Translations under genes and position numbers: made by a program | IMG/VR virus record: IMGVR_UViG_3300037501_000255 | Length of the DNA stretch: 64,000 nt | Reading direction: 5' to 3' (one strand) | DNA from: a virus | Taxonomy: Duplodnaviria > Caudoviricetes | In this document: positions 8,558 to 17,492 of the stretch, piece by piece | Layout: every line of letters starts with the position of its first letter | Position numbering within the stretch: position 1 is the first letter of the stretch | Notes under the pieces: generated by a model | Told to the model about the DNA's origin: nothing | What the model saw: the letters and a program-made list of their open reading frames with translations, nothing else | Database searches by the model: none

Positions 8558-8632
8558 CCGGGACTTGGGACCCGGCCCCTAAGAGTCTCCCAGGGGGGCC
8601 TTACTAGGGGTTTACCCCCTAGCCCTCGGTCA
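8558..8632 (-). ncRNA. Twister-like ribozyme candidate, copy 2
   Basis: GAG-GG/P1/UAA, P3, P4 CCGGG-UCCCAAGU-CCCGG; L4 CC pairs with GG after GAG (covaries with copy 1). Confidence 0.6.
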
Positions 8633-8818
8633 GCGGCGGGCCGGCAGGCCCACACCCAGACGCTCACGACGCCAGAAGAACCGGCGACGGATCGTCTCCT
8701 CGAACACGTCGGGCCGCTGGCCCTCGGGGACCGAGTAGGTCACACCCTCCACCGAGATCATGCCCTCGGACAGCGGCTTACAATCCTCGGTCCGACGGCG
8801 GATGAAGGTTGCGGTCAT
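8630..8818 (-). CDS. Hypothetical protein (first ORF of left arm)
   Basis: 62 aa ORF with AGGT RBS; stop overlaps twister-like copy 2. Confidence 0.6.
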   Translation of the reverse strand: MTATFIRRRTEDCKPLSEGMISVEGVTYSVPEGQRPDVFEETIRRRFFWRRERLGVGLPARR

Positions 8819-8829
8819 GTTGCACCTAT

Positions 8830-9555
8830 CTGCGTTCCCCCAGGGTTATCCCAGGGTCCTACGGCTTTAGACGTAGCTTAGGCCCATTAGTGCAATGCAC
8901 CGGCGTATCTCCTACTAGTCAGTCCCTCACCCTAAGGCATCCCCTAGGGTCAGTAGACACACCCCTACCGTGGACCGCTTCGGGCAGTCAAGCTAGTGTC
9001 ACACCCTTTCGGGCTAGCTTCCTTTTGTAGTGGCGTTTTCCTTTAGGTGCCAAAGGATGCGCGGTCACTTGTCTAGGCAGACAGACCGGCTCACACGCTA
9101 TGGCATCGGAGACTTGCCGGTGTCCCGATTAGCTTACTGTTTCGCTTTAGCCTTTACGTTTGGGAATAGATGGGGCTAGCTGGCAATTGGGTTAGGGAAG
9201 GAACCTAACCGCGTTGCTGCTTGCCCGGTTCGGCTAGGTAGCGTGGCCCGTATTGCCTCGCTTCCCTAACCCATCCTAACCCCTTTCGGTTAGGCGCTAG
9301 CTAGGGATCTCTCCCGTAAGCTAGTCGGGGCACCTTATTACGCCAGCCCTTTCGGACCGACTACGCACACGCCGCTTGCGCGGGATGCGTGGGGGATTCC
9401 GGGCTATCTAGACCCGCTCCTACCCTACTATACTTCCCTTTATGACCCGACCAGGTTAGTGAAACCGGATCTGATCCTATCGGGCTTGGGCCGTCCCGCT
9501 ACCGCGTTCCGCCCGTAGCGGTGTCACCCGCTAGCACCTTGTCATCGGCGCACCC
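8830..9555 (-). ncRNA. Large highly structured non-coding RNA (GOLLD/ROOL size class, unassigned)
   Basis: No long ORF; more than 12 hairpins including GNRA loops (GUCC-GAAA-GGGC, CCUAACC-GAAA-GG..GUUAGG, CCGC-GCAA-GCGG, GGGA-GAGA-UCCC, CCC-GAAA-GGG) and long-range GGGUUAGGGAAG/CUUCCCUAACCC. Confidence 0.65.
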
Positions 9556-9606
9556 TTTATTATGATTCAATCGGGTTAGTGAAAAGAGATCTAGATCTAG
9601 ATCTAG
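9436..9606 (-). promoter_or_regulatory. Duplicated promoter-like motif TTTCACTAACC-N8-TCATAA plus (GATCTA)3 palindromic array
   Basis: Two copies about 120 bp apart, each preceded by GATC-A/TAGATC; AGATCTAGATCTAGATCT at 9587-9604. Confidence 0.45.
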
Positions 9607-10228
9607 CGTACCTTATCGCACACATTCCTACATGTAGGAGGGGGTAGGGGGGTGTAGGTCCCACCGAGAATGCCTCCAAACTACCCAGTTACACTTTTTT
9701 CCACTCACAAACTCTATAGTATATCACTATCTTTTCTATAGTCTAGCGCTATCTAGGTACTGTGGGAGTCATCCGTAATTAAATCACACATATTTCCAAT
9801 AGCTTTCCCCTACCTTATACGGTTGCTCTCTTATATTAGCTACGTGGGCGGGTGGCTCTATGTGAAAAATACGGTTGGTCTAGGGATATGGGGGGGGGGG
9901 TGATGGTAGCTGTTGCGGGAGACCTGAGCCTATGCGTGAACGGTGGTATTGGGGCGGTTTTTGTCGTGATTTTAATAGGGCGGGAGATTCTGCTTTTCAG
10001 CTATATGATGATGTTATAATGGTGGGTTTGAATTCTTCCGGGGATTTGGTACGTGCCGGAGATTGTTATCCTATGGTGGGTATTTTTGTGTGTCATGGTA
10101 GTACTTTTTGTCAGGAATATTATCATGTTCAGCAGTGTGCAGCTGGATTCTATACGTAACACTTGGATGAGAGTGGGAGTATTATTTGGATTGAAGGCTA
10201 GGCTGGCCTAGATTTTGGTGGGAGGGGT

Positions 10229-11438
10229 ATGATATTGCGTTACGAGGATGGGTTAATTCGGGATATTTGGTCTGGGTCACGGACTTTGATTTTGTGGGAT
10301 TTATTAGAACGGTTGCATGTTGAAGCCCAGACTGGTTGGGCATTGGGGCAATTCGTTTGCGATTGGGATGCCTTTGGGGTTCGCAAGGCGGCTTTGGAGT
10401 TGGAAACCCGGCATGAATTTGTAGCGTTTTTGGGGCAATCGGTGAGGTAGAACATCCGGATCGTGAGTGGGTAGACCGCTACTACCATCGTAGGCTAACC
10501 TCTTCTGATATTTTAGATAGCGCGTTTTCGGTACAGATTACCGAGTCTGTGGTATATTTGCGGAGTTTGGTGGGCGGCTTACGCGATACTTTAAAAAATT
10601 TGGGAGATCGATTTCTATCGGCCGTTCGGGCGGGGCGTACTCATGGTCAGATAGCTGAAGCCACTTCTTTGGGTTGGACTTTTATAGTGCCAGATCGGAC
10701 GTTGGCGCTGAGCGTGCCGGAGTTGCCGTTAAAAGCTTCGGGTGCTACGGGCAGCTACAGCAATACCTCGTGGGAAACCGAACAGCGATTTGTGGAGTTG
10801 GTGAGTGCGCGGGTGGGTTTGCGATTCATCAGTGTTCCCAGTACGCAGGTGGTACACCGTGCGTATTATGCGCGAGTATTCAGTGAGTTAGCGGTACTCG
10901 CCTCGGTATTGGATGGCATAGCTACAGAGATGAGGCATTTGGCTATGCTGGGCTGGGCGAGGCGAGTCCTGGGTTTGGAGGCGGGCAGCGCGGTTCATCG
11001 GCTATGCCCCACAAAAATAATCCCGCAGTTTTCGAGAATATCACTGGATTATGCCGTTTGGTTCGCGGCTATATGTCTCCGGTTTTGGAGAATGTCGTAC
11101 TATGGGGCGAGCGCGACATTTCGCACTCTTCGGTTGAACGGGTTGTTTGGCCGGATGCCCTTCATGCACTGTGCACTGCGGTGGTACGACTAAACGTGGA
11201 GCTAGTACGTATGAATTGGAACGTAGACTTCATGCGTCAGGTGGTTGACGGGGCTCTTCGACAAGTTAATTCTAGCCGGGCACTTACACTGAACCGGGGA
11301 GCGATGGACTATCAGCGTGCCTATCGCGACGTACAATCTCGATGTAACGGCGATATGCCAGATGTGGTATTGGACTCTGTTCCCGTGCTAAACCTTGAAG
11401 ATCTTAAAAAGGCAGCGCGTAAAGCGCAAGGAGTATAA
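10229..11438 (+). CDS. purB: Adenylosuccinate lyase, split by two 1-nt frameshifts
   Basis: ETRHEFVAF, LTSSDILD, GRTHGQ, SGATG, STQV, GQRGSSAMPHKNNP signature, ERDISHSSVER across three frames; both shifts repaired by adding one G to a G-run. Confidence 0.88.
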
Positions 11439-11442
11439 GAAT

Positions 11443-11718
11443 ATGCTGGATCAGTGGCTTTTTACTTGCAATGGCGGTAGCAGACCGAGTGGTCCCAGTC
11501 GCTTTGTTGGCAGCTATATCGGGGATCGCGAGTCTGCTGTGGGTTGGATGAGCGATTACCTACGTAGTGGTAGTGAAAACCGGTACAATTTTGATGGCAC
11601 GGTAGACTATGCTTTTGAGCGAATTGTTATGAGTGAGATTGATTGGGCTGGCAATTTGGTCACAAGTGGCGTGTGGGCATGGCGCGATGGGGTATGGGAG
11701 TTTAGCGATGTTTTCTAA
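11443..11718 (+). CDS. Hypothetical protein
   Basis: AGGAG RBS, ATG 11443. Confidence 0.65.
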   Translation: MLDQWLFTCNGGSRPSGPSRFVGSYIGDRESAVGWMSDYLRSGSENRYNFDGTVDYAFERIVMSEIDWAGNLVTSGVWAWRDGVWEFSDVF

Positions 11719-11726
11719 TCGGTATT

Positions 11727-11975
11727 ATGCAAAATATCGTGTTGAGGGGGTTGCCGGAGCTGCCGTGGTGGAACCTGTTTAATTACGACGGGTGGGAAGG
11801 TGGATTGTGCTATTGGCGGGGAGAATCGCGTTGTGTGGTACGCACTTATAACCCCGAGAAATTTCTGGTGTACCTGAAGGAGGCTCTGGCTATGGCGCTG
11901 CTTACTTGTAGGCGGGAATTCCGAGGTAGTTTCCGGTATTTGCCGGGGTTTGAGTCGCTATTGCCAGACGGGTAG
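11727..11975 (+). CDS. Hypothetical protein
   Basis: 82 aa ORF in operon. Confidence 0.6.
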   Translation: MQNIVLRGLPELPWWNLFNYDGWEGGLCYWRGESRCVVRTYNPEKFLVYLKEALAMALLTCRREFRGSFRYLPGFESLLPDG

Positions 11976-12280
11976 CGACCGGCGTATAGCGAAAGTGCTA
12001 TGCGGCACGAAATTTAACTCACTTTTACCAAACAAATACTGAGATGGTAACGACACAGTAGGCTGGCATTCTGATGATGAGCGTTCTCTAGGAGTTTAGC
12101 CAATAATTGCAAGCCTCGGCTTTGGAGTCGCATGTGACTTCTATATAAGACATAAGTATAAGTGCAGTTATCTGAAATTAAAGCTAAATTCTGGCAGCAC
12201 TCGGTTCCTAGAAGAAAAGCAGTAGATGAAGCGCGAATAAATTTAACATTTAGAAATATAGTAGAAATATAGGAGACGAT

Positions 12281-12576
12281 ATGAGTTGCAAACACACGGC
12301 GGGTACATATAGCGCGGAGCCTCACGGAAGTGGCTATGGGTTGTACGCAGGCCGGGACAGACGGCATCACGGATTAAGACTATTAAATATTGAAGATTGG
12401 GATATCAATCTAGCTGCGAATATGCGGCTAATATGTGCTGCTCCGGAGCCGCTAGCGGCCTGCTAGGCAACGTTAGTGATTTAGATATATATCCTCCAAA
12501 TGCGCGTGGGAGGACGAGAGCCGCATTCGACCTGGTATATGAGGCGATAGCTAAAGCTGTGGTGGGGGGGGGGTAA
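12281..12576 (+). pseudogene. HTPGPW-family phage protein, damaged paralog of 23090-23395
   Basis: HHGLRLLNIED and YPPNARGR shared; in-frame TAG plus deletion at about 12464. Confidence 0.75.
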
Positions 12577-13533
12577 ATGGGGTTGATTATAGAAACTGAT
12601 ATAGGCCGCGATGCAGATGACCTGTTTGCTCTACTATACTTCATTGGTCTCAAGACAAAGATCGAGGCAATTCTAGTATCTCCGGGAGATCATGATCAGG
12701 TTGCCGTAGTTAAGGCCGTCTTGGGTCATTTTGGTCTAGAAGTGCCTGTGCTTACTCCGCGCTTACGTATATCGAAGGAGTCAATTACACCATTTCATAG
12801 GTGGGTAATACAATATCTGGGCGGAAATCATGCCGCCTCACCAGATGGGCATGAGGAGGATATTCCGGTCAGGCCTATAGAGCATTGGCATCATGGTCAG
12901 CCAGATGTTTTCATATGTGGCCCAGCAAAGATGGCTCATTTAGTCAATGCCATGAGTATTACTTTCCAAGGTGGATTTGTGCCGTATAATCGTTATAGGC
13001 CACGGAATGTATTAGATAAATTTGAGGGGATAGAGTACTGCGCTACATTTAACCTTGGCGGTACCAAGCCAGCAGTAGCTCAGGCAATTTTGGATAAAAC
13101 CGCACGCCACACGTGGGTAGGCAAGAATGTATGTCATACTGTAGTATATACTCCGGAAGTACACGAACAATACTGCCTTCCGCTGGGCGGTGTCTCTGAA
13201 GCCTGTCGACTACATCGAGTTTTTGTAGAGAAATATATGGAGAAATCTGGAGCCAAAGCATTTCACGATCCACTAGCTGCTACACTAATGTGTAACCCTG
13301 AATTAGGTAAGCGGCTGAAGCTAAAGCCGCATAAAGATAAGGGTCGGTGGTCTGCTATTCCTATGACAGAAAGGCTTGTGTCAAATATACCTGACCAACC
13401 GTGGGCTCGCGAGGAGGAGCACTACTCCTTGGTAGACCTGGTTTCTGAGCCGTGGACGAGATACTTTGCAGGCTTGAATGGCGTGCGCGGAACAGACCCT
13501 GACATATACTTTAGGGAGCACATTACGACATGA
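12577..13533 (+). CDS. Inosine-uridine-preferring nucleoside hydrolase family protein
   Basis: N-terminal ETDIGRDADD (DxDxxxDD), FN, FHDPLAA. Confidence 0.82.
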   Translation: MGLIIETDIGRDADDLFALLYFIGLKTKIEAILVSPGDHDQVAVVKAVLGHFGLEVPVLTPRLRISKESITPFHRWVIQYLGGNHAASPDGHEEDIPVRPIEHWHHGQPDVFICGPAKMAHLVNAMSITFQGGFVPYNRYRPRNVLDKFEGIEYCATFNLGGTKPAVAQAILDKTARHTWVGKNVCHTVVYTPEVHEQYCLPLGGVSEACRLHRVFVEKYMEKSGAKAFHDPLAATLMCNPELGKRLKLKPHKDKGRWSAIPMTERLVSNIPDQPWAREEEHYSLVDLVSEPWTRYFAGLNGVRGTDPDIYFREHITT

Positions 13534-13831
13534 CTAGTCATACTATACATATCTGGACCCCAAGGGTCGCGCTGCGGTGCCGCCAAATGCATTTAAAATT
13601 AACACCACCTCGACCTCGACAGATTTCGGCAGGGCGTTCTCCCCATTCCTGAATCAGGGGCCTCTGGAATTTTATTGGCTACGTGCGCATAATGTAGAAA
13701 ATGGGTGGCAATTCACGAAGACTTGCCCACAACATATAGGCAATTATCGCGCATGGGTTGCCTGGCGGGATTCTGTAGGTAATTATGGATTTATCATGGA
13801 GCCCGACAAGGTCATGCTGTGGAGTTGGTAA
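13530..13831 (+). pseudogene. Truncated paralog of 22492-23090 (DUF6939-like)
   Basis: HTIHIW..PPNAFKINTTSTSTDFG.AFSPF..AHNVEN.WQFTK; frameshift near 13566; about 100 aa, stops early. Confidence 0.7.
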
Positions 13832-13834
13832 TTT

Positions 13835-14197
13835 ATGTTTGTAGTTATTGACCAACATTCTTGTGCGCGATTTCACAGACAGTGTCGCGACGGAGTGACG
13901 GATGGTACAGCTGTGGGATTAGCTAGCGACGGATGTGTGGTGCCTGCCGGTGGAGATATTCCCCCTTTTGGTATAGCCACACAGACGAGCGTATTGGATC
14001 CAAAGCAGGCAACAGTGGCCGTTGGGCGCGGTATTTTTCGGACAGATATTTGGCTCGAGAGTTGCAAAGATCCGGTTGGGCCCGGTGATCTGCTATGTGT
14101 ACGCGAGGGAGTACTTATAAAGGGCAGCGATGGCAATCCTGTCACTATGGTTCTAAATGTATATGTCGACCAAATTATTGAGTTTATGACTATATGA
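13835..14197 (+). CDS. Capsid decoration/cement-like protein
   Basis: G.AV.L..DG.VVPA...PFGIA...ATV..GRGIFRTD pattern recalled from jumbo-phage head decoration proteins. Confidence 0.4.
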   Translation: MFVVIDQHSCARFHRQCRDGVTDGTAVGLASDGCVVPAGGDIPPFGIATQTSVLDPKQATVAVGRGIFRTDIWLESCKDPVGPGDLLCVREGVLIKGSDGNPVTMVLNVYVDQIIEFMTI

Positions 14198-14751
14198 ATA
14201 CGAACAATGATACTCGTGAATATTACGCCGATCTTATCAGTACGATGATTCGTCTGAGCGAGGCTGCCCAACGCGCACAAATCGAAGCCAGGCAGCGAGC
14301 CGAGGAGGAACAACGCGCGCGTTCGCAGGCTCTTATTGATCACTGGATGCGCGAGCGCAGAGCGAGGGTGGACCTTGAGCTCAGCGCTCATACAGAGCAT
14401 GACGCAAGGCGGTGCGCAACGCGTATTCTCTGTGAAGTATGCGCTCCGCATCTTACGGAGCAGTCCGCTCATCTGCTGGCTTTCAAGTGGAATCTAGGTA
14501 ATGACCCTTGGGGGCGGACCGTTCGCTACATGCATTCCACTACCGTCGCTGAGATGGTAAATCCCCGCAGACCTGTGGCTCTAACATGGAAACTGCTAAC
14601 TGACGAGCACCCAGAGTGGCGAGCGGAGCTAGCGCAGCACAAGGCAGGCCTAACCACAGAAATTATTATGGAGAGGATGAATTGCTTAGTTGTATCAGTA
14701 TTCTATAACTGGTGTAATCTAGAGAAGTATCTAAGGAATAATAATGTCTGA
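14194..14751 (+). CDS. Hypothetical protein
   Basis: 185 aa, coupled ORF. Confidence 0.7.
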   Translation: MNTNNDTREYYADLISTMIRLSEAAQRAQIEARQRAEEEQRARSQALIDHWMRERRARVDLELSAHTEHDARRCATRILCEVCAPHLTEQSAHLLAFKWNLGNDPWGRTVRYMHSTTVAEMVNPRRPVALTWKLLTDEHPEWRAELAQHKAGLTTEIIMERMNCLVVSVFYNWCNLEKYLRNNNV

Positions 14752-15097
14752 TAACCTAATGAACCTACGTGTTCGGGAATTGGTGGATAAGCATGCTGGT
14801 GATTTTGTGGAACATTTATCTAGAGGGTGGCGGCTGGGCGTTGTACGGGGCATTGCGTCTAATTACGACCTCTGCGATGCGCGCTTGGCTGAGGACGCTT
14901 TCTTCTTGGATTGGCGCGGTTGGCGCCACAGTGAGGCAGTGTATACGATCGCAGAGCGGACAGTAGGTTCATTGATAGATGAGTGGCGAGAGGTAATTTG
15001 TGGACAGGTGCGAGCGCATATCCGTGCTACCAATGAACGTCTGGCTCGTGAGCTAGACGAAATCGGACAGCTTGAAGTCGAACTACTGAGCGCCTAG
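14744..15097 (+). CDS. Hypothetical protein
   Basis: 117 aa, coupled ORF. Confidence 0.7.
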   Translation: MSDNLMNLRVRELVDKHAGDFVEHLSRGWRLGVVRGIASNYDLCDARLAEDAFFLDWRGWRHSEAVYTIAERTVGSLIDEWREVICGQVRAHIRATNERLARELDEIGQLEVELLSA

Positions 15098-15161
15098 CCC
15101 TTTAATAGATGCCGTCTAAAGTCGCAACCCTGTAAGTACATAGGGTACGAGGTCTTATATT

Positions 15162-15770
15162 ATGTATAATGTTATTGGCGATATAGCTGGACAGTTCAAG
15201 ACTCTACAGGCTCTAATAGCCAAAATGCCGCAGGGCACTGTGTTGAGCGTAGGCGATATGATTGATCGCGGCCCTCGAAGCAATGAGGTTGTGGAATTTT
15301 TTATGAATGGAGGTGGGGAGGCGCTTCGTGGCAATCACGAAGATCTCTGCCTGGAATTCTATAGGCCTACTGGCAGGTATCACCCTACAGATTGGCACTG
15401 GAATGGTGGAGATGCCACCGAACGCGCATGGGGCGGACGAGTACCAGACGTCGCGCTGGACTGGATGGCATCGCGTCCCTTATACAAGGAGATTGAGGCC
15501 GACGGCAAACGCTTCTTCGTAAGCCATGCATTCGTACGCTGGGATCGCGGTGGGCTGACCGCACGCGAGGAAACGTTGATGTGGAATCGCTCTATACCCG
15601 TAGCAAATCCTGCGTACGATTTACAGATCTGCGGTCACAATTCACAATTCGGATTGCAGTACTGGGGAAATCCCGCCTATGCAGTTTGCATAGATACTAG
15701 CCGCAATAACGTACTGACCGGTATTCGCCTACCAAGTGGGAAAATCTATGAACAAGCGTATATCGATTAA
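15162..15770 (+). CDS. Calcineurin-like metallophosphoesterase (PrpA/NinI-type)
   Basis: GDIAG (H to A variant of GDxHG), GDMIDRGP, RGNHE, SHA, CGHN. Confidence 0.88.
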   Translation: MYNVIGDIAGQFKTLQALIAKMPQGTVLSVGDMIDRGPRSNEVVEFFMNGGGEALRGNHEDLCLEFYRPTGRYHPTDWHWNGGDATERAWGGRVPDVALDWMASRPLYKEIEADGKRFFVSHAFVRWDRGGLTAREETLMWNRSIPVANPAYDLQICGHNSQFGLQYWGNPAYAVCIDTSRNNVLTGIRLPSGKIYEQAYID

Positions 15771-15774
15771 ACCA

Positions 15775-15951
15775 ATGCGTCCAGTGAATTTACCTGACCG
15801 TGACCAGGTATTTGAAATTATGAAGGCGCGCTCTCGTCAGATAAAGGGTATCACAAATCCATGTAGCGAAATTGCACTGGGCGAAGTTCACGAGTGCTAT
15901 CTTGACCAAGAAGAGATTGTTAACTCTAATGACTTTGAATGGGGAGAATGA
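15775..15951 (+). CDS. Mini-protein with acidic-aromatic C-terminal tag (NDFEWGE)
   Basis: Short ORF coupled to the phosphatase. Confidence 0.6.
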   Translation: MRPVNLPDRDQVFEIMKARSRQIKGITNPCSEIALGEVHECYLDQEEIVNSNDFEWGE

Positions 15952-16169
15952 TGTTTTATGCGCGGCTGGTATATGCGTGAAATCGTAAGTCTAGGTGTTG
16001 TCAATTCCGTGAGGGAAGATAATCTCATTTAAGTACGACCCAGACCATATTTCCATACATCCAATACCTAAGAATTGGTGGACGCTGGAGGAGCTTAATG
16101 ACGACAGAGATTCGGATCTCGAGTGGCTCGACAAGCCAAACGTTGGAGCTGATACGTAATTTGAGCGAA

Positions 16170-16394
16170 ATGACTCGCGCAATAGCAGATACCCATTCGC
16201 TTAATCCCGATATGATACAACAGCTGGGTGAATCAATGGCGTCGCCCATACGGCGAAATCTAGACTATACAGTCGTTGCCAGCAGACTCTTTGCGGTAGA
16301 CCCCCTGCCTGATGGTGCAAATCCGCTATTCTTCGAAGCAATTGAGGAAGTTGAGGAGATTTTTGATGGTGCCGACGACTTCACCAATGAGTAG
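16170..16394 (+). CDS. Major-capsid N-terminal-segment-like mini-protein with acidic tag
   Basis: LGESMASPIRRNLDYTVVASRLFAVDPLPDGANP resembles MCP segment LAQAMANPIRRNLDYQGIARRALVVDPLPQGALP (recalled); ends EEIFDGADDFTNE. Confidence 0.7.
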   Translation: MTRAIADTHSLNPDMIQQLGESMASPIRRNLDYTVVASRLFAVDPLPDGANPLFFEAIEEVEEIFDGADDFTNE

Positions 16395-16686
16395 AATACC
16401 AGAGTTTTGGCTATATTGCAATGATGCCGACTATGTCGATATTAAGTGGAAGGATCCCGCCTTCCCTTATGATGTGGGGTGGTACCTGCTGGATTGCATA
16501 GGGCGTCCCAGATTTGAAGCAAAGTTAATATCCCAATACACCCGAGATATCTATATTCTATTGTCCGATGTATGCCAGCGAGGATTATTGTGGCGCCTCA
16601 GAAATGCATGGGTGTGCCAGCCGTATATCTGGGATGAACTTGGCTATCCAGATTTATCTGATGGAGATTTTGTATTCAATGAGTAG
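16387..16686 (+). CDS. Hypothetical mini-protein (MSRIPEF start, acidic-aromatic end)
   Basis: ATGA-coupled; ends DLSDGDFVFNE. Confidence 0.7.
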   Translation: MSRIPEFWLYCNDADYVDIKWKDPAFPYDVGWYLLDCIGRPRFEAKLISQYTRDIYILLSDVCQRGLLWRLRNAWVCQPYIWDELGYPDLSDGDFVFNE

Positions 16687-17089
16687 AATTCCTGATTTTC
16701 ACGTGCGACTCGATGCGAATAGAATCGGTGTAGAGATCGACTTTCGCGATAATTTTCTAAATGATGGAAGTAGTAAGCGCACTCTGCTGGAACACATATG
16801 CGATAAGTGCGAGTGGTCTTTTATTGGTCGCCCAACGCACGGCATAGTGCAATTCGCAGAGGCGGTTATTACTGAGGAGTTAAATTATCTAGTGGCTATC
16901 GGTGCACTATGCCGCAGAAGTGATGGTTTTTGGGTATACAATTACAAAACCACAGAACGCAGAGAGCGCAAATATCGAGAGCACAATCCATCTAGTGATT
17001 GGTACAAACCTATACGAAATAGGCATGTAGATCCTGAGGAGGTTGTTGAGACCTTTGCCGGGGCTGAGGACTTTGAAGATGCGGCCTAA
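16679..17089 (+). CDS. Hypothetical protein (MSRIPDF start, acidic tag)
   Basis: Ends ETFAGAEDFEDAA. Confidence 0.7.
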   Translation: MSRIPDFHVRLDANRIGVEIDFRDNFLNDGSSKRTLLEHICDKCEWSFIGRPTHGIVQFAEAVITEELNYLVAIGALCRRSDGFWVYNYKTTERRERKYREHNPSSDWYKPIRNRHVDPEEVVETFAGAEDFEDAA

Positions 17090-17240
17090 GCTTAAGTTAG
17101 TAATCAATGGCTTCTCTACTGGCGTATTCCTCACGCTATTTTTTGTTACACTCGCACTAGGCATGAATCCCGCGCTCTTCTTTATTGCCGCTATGTTGAC
17201 TGGCGGACTTGTAGTGCTGGGATTAAACCATGATATCTGA
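17079..17240 (+). CDS. Small two-TM membrane protein
   Basis: Two hydrophobic helices. Confidence 0.6.
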   Translation: MRPKLKLVINGFSTGVFLTLFFVTLALGMNPALFFIAAMLTGGLVVLGLNHDI

Positions 17241-17492
17241 CTTATCAGAGCTCAGGCTAATACAGGTCGGTGGGGCGTATTGGAATCGTGGACTGTGCGC
17301 GTCGTTACAAATGAAGATGAGCTGCGGTTCGTAAATTCTGTGAGCAGTACGCGCATTCTCGTGGTCACGCCGTAGATGCGGAGTATCGAGGGATACATGG
17401 ATTCAACATATTGTATACCATAGACTTTGCATCAGTACATAGGACTAACTCAGATGGAGCTGTGAGCCGGGCTGCTATGAGGTACGTGCTCG

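Noticed and set aside
9035-9095. Group II intron domain V (GAGCCGG..GACCG) with GUGCG at about 9553
   Set aside because: The AGC triad has no pairing partner, there is no D6 branch or RT, and no interrupted gene.
9932-10159. 75-aa + ORF before purB
   Set aside because: Lies in G/T-skewed low-complexity sequence, with no RBS or motif.
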